From Candidatus Poribacteria bacterium (GTDB lineage: Bacteria; Poribacteria; WGA-4E; WGA-3G): DNA of 64,000 bases. The DNA is taken from the NCBI GenBank assembly GCA_963665235.2, contig CAXXLX010000001.1, positions 4,128,001 to 4,192,000 on the forward strand, written 5' to 3'. The notes beneath the pieces were generated by a model. The model ran no database searches. It was not told where the DNA came from and saw only the letters and a program-made list of their open reading frames with translations. Below are positions 39,109 to 48,771 of this stretch, one piece after another. Position numbers and translations under genes: made by a program. How positions within the stretch are numbered: the first letter of the stretch is position 1; each line of letters starts with the position of its first letter.

Positions 39109-39899
39109 ATGAAGGAGCACTTCAAGAAGTGAAAACCCTTTTTGAGAAGATGCCGCCGCAAGTGATTATGAAGGCATTTGACGATGTAGACAACACCGAC
39201 CTAGCTATCTTCCTGTTGATGCTTGATAGGACGACAGCCGCTGATGTTAACCAAGAGGAATCGAACGAGATACAGGAGATTCTGTCGCATTCCGCTGGGG
39301 ACACCTTGGCGAAGGAACACGCGAAAGACGCTCTATCCGTTCAGGCACAGCAGCTCTTTGCACAGTTTCCATTTGAGCGGCAGCTTCGCATTGCCGAAGA
39401 AATAGTCGCAACAGAAATGGTAGATAAACAGCAGGCTGCTCAGATTTGGAATGACATCGTTGAAAAGATGAAGGATGCCCTTGAAAATACGCTCTTCTTC
39501 GGAGACGGTGTTGCGAACCTCACTAAATTGCTCGAGCAAGTGGAAATTGCAGAACAGAATCGCCTTGTTGCTGCCTTAGGAAGAACGAAACCGGGGTTGG
39601 CAGACACTGTGTCTAAACAGCTTTTAGACTTTGATGACCTTGCCGAGCTGCCGGATGAAGCCATTCTGACGCTTTTGCAAGTCTTGGAAACAAACACCTT
39701 AGCCCTTGCGCTCCATAACGCCCCGGCCGCAATGCAGGATAGATTTTTCGAAAATATGTCCGAAGCGCAAATAGATGCGGTTGAGGCAGCAAGCGCACAA
39801 CTCACCTTTGAGGAGAAACAGATAGGTGAGACTGCCCGGGAATCTGTCGTGAATTTAGTCCGGAAGTTCGCTGAGAAAGGTCTCCTGAAAATTCAGTGA
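39105..39899 (+). CDS. FliG middle/C-terminal domain-like protein (orphan)
   Basis: LLDFDDLAELPDEAILTLL..LALAL..RFFENMS resembles the FliG_C consensus. Confidence 0.7.
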   Translation: MNEGALQEVKTLFEKMPPQVIMKAFDDVDNTDLAIFLLMLDRTTAADVNQEESNEIQEILSHSAGDTLAKEHAKDALSVQAQQLFAQFPFERQLRIAEEIVATEMVDKQQAAQIWNDIVEKMKDALENTLFFGDGVANLTKLLEQVEIAEQNRLVAALGRTKPGLADTVSKQLLDFDDLAELPDEAILTLLQVLETNTLALALHNAPAAMQDRFFENMSEAQIDAVEAASAQLTFEEKQIGETARESVVNLVRKFAEKGLLKIQ

Positions 39900-39973
39900 A
39901 GTCAGAAACGGGCCACTCCCCGGTTTATCCGCCAGTGGAAAGAGGTTCGATGGAAATGCAGCCCGCTCCCTTC

Positions 39974-40924
39974 CTAGTCTTCCAATTTGAATTCAAACGG
40001 AATACTGACTGTGACTGCGACAGCCTTCCCATTCTTCTTCGCTGGAACGTACCTTGTCTTTCGCAACGCCTCAATTGCTGCTTGCTCAAGCCCAAACCCG
40101 AGGGTCGTTAAGGGTGTAATGTTTTTAGGGACCCCGTTTTCATCAATAGTTGCCTGTAACCTTACAATCCCTTTCTTTTCCGCCTGTTTTGCCTGCTTTG
40201 GGTAATCCGGTTTGATTTGTACCTTCGGCCGGGGCGGTATTGTCCCCTTGTCGTTAGTCTGAATGTCAGGCACTCCGCTCAATCCGGGGCCCTCGCCTAA
40301 ATCCACCTTATCTAGGTTACCGCTAAAGGTCTCTGACGTGCGCGGTGCCTCAACTTTAGGGGTAAATACTTCTTGTGTGGGCTGCGTTGGGCGTGGGATT
40401 CTCTGTCCGATATCAACGACACTCGGTCCTTGCGTAGTCTGGGCCTCAGGTACATTAACATTGGAAAAATCTGAAGGTGGCAGTGTCGGTCCGTTATATG
40501 TGTTCGGAATCTGCGCAGCAGTGGTCACCGGTGCTTGTGGCACTGTGGACTTGATTTCTTGCTGCTGCGGTTTGAATATATCACGTTGTCGGGTATTGAG
40601 GGTAGGCCGCTTGTCCTGTCTCATGACGACAAGATCTGCGTCGAATGTTTCCGCCTCGTTTTCTATGTGCTGGGTGATATAAAAGGCAGTAACGAGAATA
40701 GCAAGCAGTGCGTGAAGTCCTATAGAAAACGTCAAGGCGAGCGAGTTGCGGCCTCCGGTTTTCTGGACGGTCATCGGGGGTGGTTTGTTGCCGCTGGCGG
40801 CAACTATCTCACGCTGCTGGCCCCGGTCAATACTGACCTTCTTCAGCATAGCATGAACTTTCGGTTTTTTTCGCTCAATGCGCCGTTGCTGCATTTGATA
40901 AGCGATATCAGCTCCTCTACTCAT
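39974..40924 (-). CDS. tonB: Energy transducer TonB family protein
   Basis: TM with SIGLHA, Pro-rich linker, PDYPKQA..GIVRL..IDENG..YVPA; ATG 40924 follows AGGAGG. Confidence 0.85.
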   Translation of the reverse strand: MSRGADIAYQMQQRRIERKKPKVHAMLKKVSIDRGQQREIVAASGNKPPPMTVQKTGGRNSLALTFSIGLHALLAILVTAFYITQHIENEAETFDADLVVMRQDKRPTLNTRQRDIFKPQQQEIKSTVPQAPVTTAAQIPNTYNGPTLPPSDFSNVNVPEAQTTQGPSVVDIGQRIPRPTQPTQEVFTPKVEAPRTSETFSGNLDKVDLGEGPGLSGVPDIQTNDKGTIPPRPKVQIKPDYPKQAKQAEKKGIVRLQATIDENGVPKNITPLTTLGFGLEQAAIEALRKTRYVPAKKNGKAVAVTVSIPFEFKLED

Positions 40925-41405
40925 CTCTTCTCCTCCTAATAGCATTCTCTAATAAGGTTACGAAAAACGTTTATGAAATTATCAGCTTTCGGCAAGGAGG
41001 GGTCGGATACCTCTTACCGACTGTTGACTGCTATTTCTACAAACACACCCATTTTTACGATGGGCAGACTAATAGTCATGAGTTAAAGTTTTGGTTGTCC
41101 TTAATCTTATTAACGAAATAATTGCAAGCCGGTTGACAACCTTGCATATCGAAGTGCCATTATTTAAAATTATAACATATATTTTATTGCATGTCAACTT
41201 TTTTTTCAGATTAGCAGCAGAGTTATTTAGTTTTCGGTTTTGGGGAGCAGGTGGATTGACCAAATACTGGACATTAACGGTTTTTCCGAATACCGTGTGC
41301 ACAGCACGCTCTTGAGGAGCGGGCTGCTTGCCCGAATACTATAAGAGGTCGCGTGCACAGCACGTTCCTACATAAGAGACCTGGGATTAGCAGGTACCCT
41401 AATAG

Positions 41406-43641
41406 TTAAGGGCTCCACCAATACGTCATTTTTGCTACCACAGTTGAATCCAACAAACGTCCTTTTGTTGTTTTGTCTGTCCGATATGTCTGATTGAAAA
41501 CGAAATAGAAATCGCTCCCTGGGCGATAGATATAATTGATGAGGAAGTTGGTAGAGACAACGTTGTCGTCTGTGTTCCATTGGGCAAAAAGTTTTGCGAA
41601 TAGGTTTGTAGAAAAAGAGTAGTTGAACCTGCCTGAGAAAAGATTTGCATCGAAACTGCCAGCAGGTAAGGTAACCCGATTAAACTCGTAGTCTCCATTC
41701 AGACTGATGCGGTCACTCGGTTTCAAGGTTCCACGCACAGAAAACTTGCGAATTTCGCCATCGTAGAAGTTGCCGAGCTCACAACCCACCGTGGTACTGA
41801 TGGGTCGGCTATCACTGGTGGATATCCTGCCGCCGAACGCGCTGAAGTGGTAGTCCGCAATGGGGATAATCACATCTTCGCGAATCTCAAAATCCTCGTC
41901 AAGTCGCTCGAACGTTCGTTTTGCTGACACCCTAATGGAGTCGCCTGTTGTGAATGAGGTCCAATGCGTATAGGAGATATTCCACCGTTCGACCTCATTA
42001 TCTTGGTTGAGAATGTAGTTGATTTCTGGTCCCGACCAAATTTCTCGGATGCCGTATTTTTGGGGTCTCGGTGCCAAGCGGAATTCGGTACGTGCTTGAC
42101 GGCTTCCGCCTGTTCTCTGAACATATCCTACCGCTGGGTCGAACTCTTCATCTAGGTCGGTGTAGGAGCTGGATACTCGAAAGATGTCGCTGCGCCACCG
42201 GGCCCCGATGTGCCAAGCGTTATTCTCGCCGGACATATCCGGTTTAAAGGTGCGTGCCCAGAGGCCGCGGACATCTAGTCTATCGCTCGGCCGGTATTCA
42301 AAATCAAAACCGGTGGCGCGCGCATAATCACTCCTTTCGTCTTTACTGACAGCAATCATCCCGACTCGTGACCCTGTAGCGATGTCCCTTGAAATCCGCA
42401 TGACAGAATAGTTGGTACGTTGAATATCAATCGGTTCATCCTCGCTGTCCGCGTCGTAAAATTTATCTGTAAGGACATTGAGCAACCCAACGCCGTAGGG
42501 GCCCATCTTTCCGCTTGCTTTTGCACCGAAGATAATGGGAATTGCTTTGCCCTCGGCTAACCCAATTTGTCGGCTATAGAAAAGGAGCATCGGGGGTGGT
42601 CGTCTGAAGCTTTGACGTGGCACGCCGAAATCGAAAAGGCCTGCTCCCTCCAAAAAGAAGGGCCGTTTCTCCGGAAAAAAAAGACTAAATTGCGTAAGAT
42701 TTACCTGCTCCTGATCGGCCTCTACTTGTGCGAAGTCGGTATTATAGGTAATATCAGCAGTTAGGTTTGAGGTGATGCCGTATTTCGCATCGAAACCGAC
42801 TTTGAATTCCCGCGTCGTTTGCAAACCCTTCTCATCATCATTCACTCGGGTAACGCCTGGCAGCACGTAAGGCAGAAATTCCATTGTCCGCGAGGGTGCA
42901 ATGCCCTCTAGACCGACGAGCGTACCGAGGTTCGTAGTCCGGTATTTCGCTAAACCCCCATAGGAGGCAGGCACAGGGGCCCATATCGTTTCCTCTTGAT
43001 GCCGAATGAGCTCCCGACCCACGTTGATACCCCATACTATCGGGTCACTTTTTTTGAAACGGAGTTGACTAAAGGGAATACTTAGCTCAGCTGTCCAGGA
43101 CGTATCGTTGATTTTCGCATTGCACGCGACGACAGCATCCCAGTCGTCGTTGAGTGTATCACCGTTATTCGTTATCGCTCTATCCTGTATTGCGCCTAGG
43201 GGGTTTACGCGAAAGAAAAAACCGCTCCGTTTGTCATTGTATGTATCCAACAACAGAAAAACGTTATCGTTTTCGTGCAAATCGCGTGTATCTCGGCGCA
43301 TTTCGTTAGCGACGAGCTTGGATATATCGGAGTCAAAACAGATAAAACCGAAGTAGATATTTTCATCGTCGTAGAGGATACGGACCTCCATCGGTTCCGT
43401 GCTGTTTTTTCCCGTCGTGCGGTTCAATTTGAACGAATTGGTCAATCGGTTCAGCTTCTTGCCACACTGTTTCAGTTAAATCGCCATCAATTTCAATAGC
43501 CTGATGGGTGCGATGTGCTTTTACCTGTTTATTAGGGGTTTCGGCATCAAGGTCGGCAACAACGATGAATGCTAGTGTTAATATGAATACGGTAATTCCG
43601 GTTTTTCGGAATTGCGGAATAGTAGATAGATAATGCTCCAA
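41406..43641 (-). pseudogene. CBM9-like/DUF5916 outer-membrane protein split by a one-base frameshift in an A6 run
   Basis: ORF 43363-43641 (signal, IDGDL..W..FVQIEP) continues in ORF 41406-43445 (EVRILYD, NTDFAQVEAD, FFPEKRPFFLEG). Confidence 0.8.
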
Positions 43642-43724
43642 AAACGTTGCCTCCTTTGCTTAAGAAAAATCGCAATTATTATAAAGACGAAAAAGGCAGC
43701 GAATTGGATTATATGAATTTCAAT

Positions 43725-44094
43725 ACTAAAGTTTGGACAATTTTAGGGGCATCCAGTTTTTGTCAAAGGGATAGGTGGAAGGGTGGAAGGGTGGAAGAAT
43801 GGAAGGGTGGAAGGGTGAAAGAGGGGGTTGACGCGCAGCAGAGATATGCTTAGCATCACAACCCTCTTGCTAACTGCTAATGGTTTCCATAATGCTATAA
43901 ACATAACGCCCCTCTGGGGCTGCATTTTCGCGTGAGAAGCGGGTTGTTGGTCTCCCAAATACTGTGTCTATTTTCTATAGGAGCGGGCTGCTTGCCCAAA
44001 TACTGAGTTGTCCTTGTGTGAGAAACTGTGAGAAAAATCAGAAAGGCTTTTTCAAATCGGGCATCAGGTTCATAGATAGTGTCCAAACCATAGG
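43725..44094. mobile_element. MITE family B copy 1 with 9-bp target duplication AATTTCAAT
   Basis: Ends ACTAAAGTTTGGACA and TGTCCAAACCATAGG; TSD at 43716-43724 and 44095-44103. Confidence 0.85.
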
Positions 44095-44113
44095 AATTTC
44101 AATAGGCTGGCAC

Positions 44114-46192
44114 TCAAAATTCTAAGGTCACTGCAAGAAAGGGGACGATGCGCAATTGAGAGACAGGAATGTGTTTTGTAAAATTCGCATCGTATCGAAC
44201 CTGGAGGAGGTTATTGCGGTTATAGACGTTCCAAAGTTCAGCAGTAATTCCGAACCGCCACCTATTCAGGCGGATTACGCGCCGATGGAACCGTAAATCT
44301 AAGCGGTGATAAGGCGTTGTGTGTCTCGGCTCCCCATAAATCCCTATCCACGTCTGATTTTTTGTAAACGGATTGGTATACCGCTCCCTTCCTATCAACG
44401 GTGAATAGAGTACCCCGCTTTTGTATTGCCAATTTGCTCCTAATTCCCACAAGGCTGAGGTGTAATTTAGATTAAGTGTGAGCGCATGTGGTGCACTATA
44501 CATATAAAGTCGTTCGTCATCTCTATCCGAATCGCGGCGTTTAGAGAGGGTGTAAGCATAAGCAAGCCACACCCGAAATTTTTCACCTATAGTGTGTTCC
44601 AATGAAAACTCAATACCTTTCACAGAGCCGGTCTGTTGGTTTTGATACCGTTTCTCTGAGAGGTTGAAGGTAATCATATTTTGGAGGTCTTTGTAATACC
44701 AAGCGAGTTCCATTTTCGTCTCAGGGGTTAGCTCCTTTTCCAACGTCATAATATAGTGTGTCGCCAGACTAGGTGCGATGTCAGGGTTCTCGTCTCCAAG
44801 CACAACTTGGTAAAACCGCGGGGTTTGTGCATATTTGCCATACATAAATCGGAGGTCCGCAAGTTTCGGACCGAGGGTTACGCCGAGGAGCGCGCGCGGC
44901 TGCATCAAAAAATTGTCTGTGAGCTCGGCGTAAGTCATCCGCACCCCCCCGGTAGCATAGAGGAACGAAGAGAAATCCTGCGTGGCTTGCAAATACCCTT
45001 CGAGACGGTGCAAATTTTTAGAAATAACGGTGTAGATTTTTTTCCCATCTCGCTTGAGTCTGAAGTCGTAATCCTGGTCGCCCTCTTCCACCGGACGCGC
45101 GCCGTTGCTAATAAGGGTGGACGGAACGTTTGAAAGGTCAAAACCGGTTTCTAACACCGTACGCGGATGCTTAACCCAATAAGCCACGTCGCCCCGGAGG
45201 GAATAGACACTTTGTGAGCTCCGATAGAAGTAGCCATCTCCAAATTCAAGCTCCTTGCGAGAAAAGGCGCGTGTCAAGGATAAGACAGATTTAAACGTCT
45301 TCTCTTTTTTAGAATAGAGATGAATGCCTTGTGAATCGAATGGGTTATCTGACCTCACGGGCCCGCGTAGGTCACCTTCATTCACCTCATTTTTCCCGAA
45401 GTTAAATCGGCCGGAATCGTCTGCCGCGATGGTGTTAATAACGAATTTATGGATAGTATGCAATTCGCTGTCCGGTCCCTCGCGCGAGGCATCAGGGATA
45501 GGTCCATTTAATTGGTAAACTATCTTTCCCTGATAACTCCAAAAAGTCGGTACCTCGGTGACTAAATCACTTTCGGTTTTTAGTAATTTGGGCAGCAATT
45601 CAAAGAGGGGGCCCATATAGCTTCGCCGTCCGAAGGCGTACCAATACCCGCGTTCGCCTAGATTTCCTTGGAGGAAGGCTTGGGAGTACACAGGGTTCAA
45701 GTTGACATTTCCGCCGAACCGGGTATCGGTTTCAGTGCGGGAGTGGATATCAATGACGGCTTGCGAATTAGCGCCGAACTCTGCTCCGTAACCACCGGGG
45801 TAAACATTTACGTTTTCAATGACTTCAGTGTTTACCGTCGAAATGATACCGAGCAGATGGTAGGGATAGCCTAACGGCAATCGGTCGAAGTAGTAAAGAT
45901 TATCTTCGGGCCCGCCGCCGCGCACGGACAGGACTCCGACGAAATCGTTCAGGACACCAGCACTCGGCAGCTGCGCTATTCCTCGAATCGGGTCGCCGGC
46001 ATTTCCGGTCCCACTTCGCAGTAAGAAACCGCTCAAGCTATGGCGCGGTTTGTTTTCTAATCGCTGGGCTTGGACAATGACAGGCGGCAGCTCTGTCATA
46101 TTATCGTCTGTTTCCGCGAATGCAAACAGCGGTGCCAGAAGCATTAAAAACGTCAATAGGTGTTTCAAACGGTAAGGATAATATACCATCAA
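44114..46192 (-). CDS. TonB-dependent receptor
   Basis: Plug VRGG..DNLYYFD, YPGGYGAEFG, RLDLRF, NVYNRNN, terminal Phe. Confidence 0.9.
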   Translation of the reverse strand: MMVYYPYRLKHLLTFLMLLAPLFAFAETDDNMTELPPVIVQAQRLENKPRHSLSGFLLRSGTGNAGDPIRGIAQLPSAGVLNDFVGVLSVRGGGPEDNLYYFDRLPLGYPYHLLGIISTVNTEVIENVNVYPGGYGAEFGANSQAVIDIHSRTETDTRFGGNVNLNPVYSQAFLQGNLGERGYWYAFGRRSYMGPLFELLPKLLKTESDLVTEVPTFWSYQGKIVYQLNGPIPDASREGPDSELHTIHKFVINTIAADDSGRFNFGKNEVNEGDLRGPVRSDNPFDSQGIHLYSKKEKTFKSVLSLTRAFSRKELEFGDGYFYRSSQSVYSLRGDVAYWVKHPRTVLETGFDLSNVPSTLISNGARPVEEGDQDYDFRLKRDGKKIYTVISKNLHRLEGYLQATQDFSSFLYATGGVRMTYAELTDNFLMQPRALLGVTLGPKLADLRFMYGKYAQTPRFYQVVLGDENPDIAPSLATHYIMTLEKELTPETKMELAWYYKDLQNMITFNLSEKRYQNQQTGSVKGIEFSLEHTIGEKFRVWLAYAYTLSKRRDSDRDDERLYMYSAPHALTLNLNYTSALWELGANWQYKSGVLYSPLIGRERYTNPFTKNQTWIGIYGEPRHTTPYHRLDLRFHRRVIRLNRWRFGITAELWNVYNRNNLLQVRYDANFTKHIPVSQLRIVPFLAVTLEF

Positions 46193-48414
46193 AATTCCGC
46201 CGTAATACCCAAATAAGGAATAATGGGAAATTGGTAAATCTCAGTCTTTTCTGTGTAATCGGTGTTGTAGCTGAAATCCAACAGATTTTTCCGGTTATAG
46301 GCGTTGAGAAGCTCTAAGAAGACACCGAGTTTCACACGTTTTAACTGAAATGTTTTGCTGACCCGCAGGTCTAACCGATGATATGGGCCCAATCGAGCGG
46401 AGTTTGTTTCAGCATAGACAGGCACGTAGATAAATTTTCCAGCTTCCCTTGGGTCCGGCAGGAATATCGCATCCTCAACAGGCGTGTAAGGGTTACCAGT
46501 GCGATATTGCCATTTCGCGCCTAGCTCCCAAGTCGGGGTGAGGTTATAACTTGCAGCGAGGGTTGCGACATGTGTCTGATCGAATGAATAGAAACGGTAA
46601 GGTTCATCAGTTCGGTCGCGGCGTTTTGAAAGCGCGTAGGCATAGGAGACCCATCCGAAAAATCTATCGCCACTTCGGTGCCGTAGGAAAATCTCTGTGC
46701 CTTGTGCATAACCTTCTCCTTGATTAAGAAACGTTTCCTCTTTGTCAGATGTCACTAAATTGACCAGATCTTTATAATAAGCCGCCATTTTAATTTCTGT
46801 ATCCTGTGAAATTTGACGTTTAAGTTCAAGGATGTAGTGGCTTGCCTCGCTTGACTTCAATTCAGGATTGCCAACGCTGGGCGAGAGTTGGGCAGGAATA
46901 GGTGTTTGGTTGTAAATACCGTAAGCAAATTGGAGCTCAGAACCGTTTGGAAGTTCTACCCGTAAGCTCCCACGCGGTTGAATTGAGAGTTCATCGATTC
47001 GATTAAAATAGTCAAACCGAAGGCCTAAGACAACTGACAAAAACGGTAGGAGCTCATATCTATCTTGTAAGTAGCCTTCAATCCGCTGCCCGCGCACTGT
47101 TTCATCTATACTAACCCTTTCCTGCAGGCGGATATCGTAGTCAACCTCGCCCTCATCCGGTATCCGGACGAATGTCCCGCTCACTTCCCCCGGTTCAACC
47201 CCGAGGATAAAGCCTGTCTCTAAGCGATGTTTCTCGTTCAATTCGTAGGTGAGGTCTTCACGCAGGGTGTAGTCCGGCGCGTCAATATAGAGTGAAAGCG
47301 TCGGTCCGAAATTGATATCAAATAGGAAATTGGAACGGGTTAGCGATAAAAAGGAGCTGAGCCGGTCGGTAATGGTGGAACGCAGATGAATGCCTAATCC
47401 CTCAAACCCGCTTTCGAAACTGGTGTTCCCTCTAAAATCGGCATCCACATCTTCGCCATCCAACTTCAAGGCAAACCGGTCGCCTGACGCGAAGAGATTG
47501 AAAAAAAGTTGATTTTTTTCGTTGAGGTCATAACCGGCTTTCAACTGATAATCCCAAAAGCGCGGAAATGCTGTAATCGCGCCTGTCTCAAATGAGAGCG
47601 AGCCGATGAACAGGTCGATGTAGCTTCTGCGTCCTGCTGCATACCAATACCCTTTTTCACCAATTTTTCCTTGAAGCAACCCTTCAGAATATAGCAGGTT
47701 GAGATTAAATTTTCCGCGCAGATTCGCCGGTCCACTGTTCTGTGAATAGATGTCAATTACCGCTTGAGAATCGACGCCATATTGCGCCCCGTATCCCCCC
47801 GCGTAAACATCAATTCTATCGATGATTTCGGAACTCAATGAGGAGACCAGTCCACCAAAGTGGTACGGATATCCAACGGGCACCCGGTCAAAATAGTAAA
47901 GATTATCTTCATCAGACCCTCCCCGAATATAAAGGGCACCGCTAAAATCGTTCGCCACGCCAATCCCCGGAATGACAGGCAACGCGCGAAGCACATCCCC
48001 CGCTGTGCCTGGCAGCCGAGTAATTTCCTGGGACTGAATGCTCTTTCTACTTACAGTTTTCGGAGTCCGTTTCGTTCTTACTTCTACCCCTTCAAGTTGA
48101 TACTGCGCCGCGTCGATATAAATTTTGGGTTTAAGGGTTTTGCCCGCCGCGACAAGGATAGTGGTTTTTTGTGTCAATTCAGAATCCGGCAAAACCGTAG
48201 ATAAAGTGTACCTGCCTTCAGGGATTTCCTTAAATATAAATACTCCATTTTCATCGGTTGTTTGACGTTTGTCAAGTGTAATGATGCGGACCTCAACACC
48301 TGCTAACGGTATCTCGGTGCCGGTGCTATAGATGATACCTTCAATTGTGCCCGTTTGCGAGAAAGCGGCAGTAGGGATTATTAACACCATTAGCAGGTAA
48401 AAAAAGTTCTTCAT
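46189..48414 (-). CDS. TonB-dependent receptor with N-terminal carboxypeptidase-regulatory-like domain
   Basis: TGTIEG..TTDENGVF, plug IRGG..DNLYYFD, RLDLRV, terminal Phe. Confidence 0.92.
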   Translation of the reverse strand: MKNFFYLLMVLIIPTAAFSQTGTIEGIIYSTGTEIPLAGVEVRIITLDKRQTTDENGVFIFKEIPEGRYTLSTVLPDSELTQKTTILVAAGKTLKPKIYIDAAQYQLEGVEVRTKRTPKTVSRKSIQSQEITRLPGTAGDVLRALPVIPGIGVANDFSGALYIRGGSDEDNLYYFDRVPVGYPYHFGGLVSSLSSEIIDRIDVYAGGYGAQYGVDSQAVIDIYSQNSGPANLRGKFNLNLLYSEGLLQGKIGEKGYWYAAGRRSYIDLFIGSLSFETGAITAFPRFWDYQLKAGYDLNEKNQLFFNLFASGDRFALKLDGEDVDADFRGNTSFESGFEGLGIHLRSTITDRLSSFLSLTRSNFLFDINFGPTLSLYIDAPDYTLREDLTYELNEKHRLETGFILGVEPGEVSGTFVRIPDEGEVDYDIRLQERVSIDETVRGQRIEGYLQDRYELLPFLSVVLGLRFDYFNRIDELSIQPRGSLRVELPNGSELQFAYGIYNQTPIPAQLSPSVGNPELKSSEASHYILELKRQISQDTEIKMAAYYKDLVNLVTSDKEETFLNQGEGYAQGTEIFLRHRSGDRFFGWVSYAYALSKRRDRTDEPYRFYSFDQTHVATLAASYNLTPTWELGAKWQYRTGNPYTPVEDAIFLPDPREAGKFIYVPVYAETNSARLGPYHRLDLRVSKTFQLKRVKLGVFLELLNAYNRKNLLDFSYNTDYTEKTEIYQFPIIPYLGITAEF

Positions 48415-48455
48415 GATTCGGGAGCTCCTCCAGAACGTGTTGAAATTAGTATAGC

Positions 48456-48700
48456 GGGCGAGGGGACCTCGCCCCTACGAGCCTATGTGATAAGTTTGTG
48501 GGCGAGGGGACCTCGCCCCTACGAGCCTATGTGACAAGTTTGTGGGCGAGGGGACCTCGCCCCTACGAGCCTATGTGATAAGTTTGTGGGCGAGGGGACC
48601 TCGCCCCTACGAGCCTATGTGATAAGTTTGTCGCCCCTACGAGCCTATGTAATAAGTTTGCGTACCTCGCCCCTACGAGCCTATGTGATAAGTTTGCGTA
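48456..48700 (-). repeat. Tandem array of 44-bp GTAG-REP units (four full, two partial)
   Basis: GGGCGAGGGGACCTCGCCCCTACGAGCCTATGTGATAAGTTTGT at 48456, 48500, 48544, 48588. Confidence 0.92.
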
Positions 48701-48771
48701 AGTCCTGTTAAATTATACATTTTGTTTCGTAGGATTGCCAGAGAAAATGTGTATTAAAGGTCCTGTCTATG

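Noticed and set aside
48456-48700. Possible CRISPR array
   Set aside because: Inter-hairpin segments are identical rather than unique spacers; no cas genes; the unit is a GTAG REP
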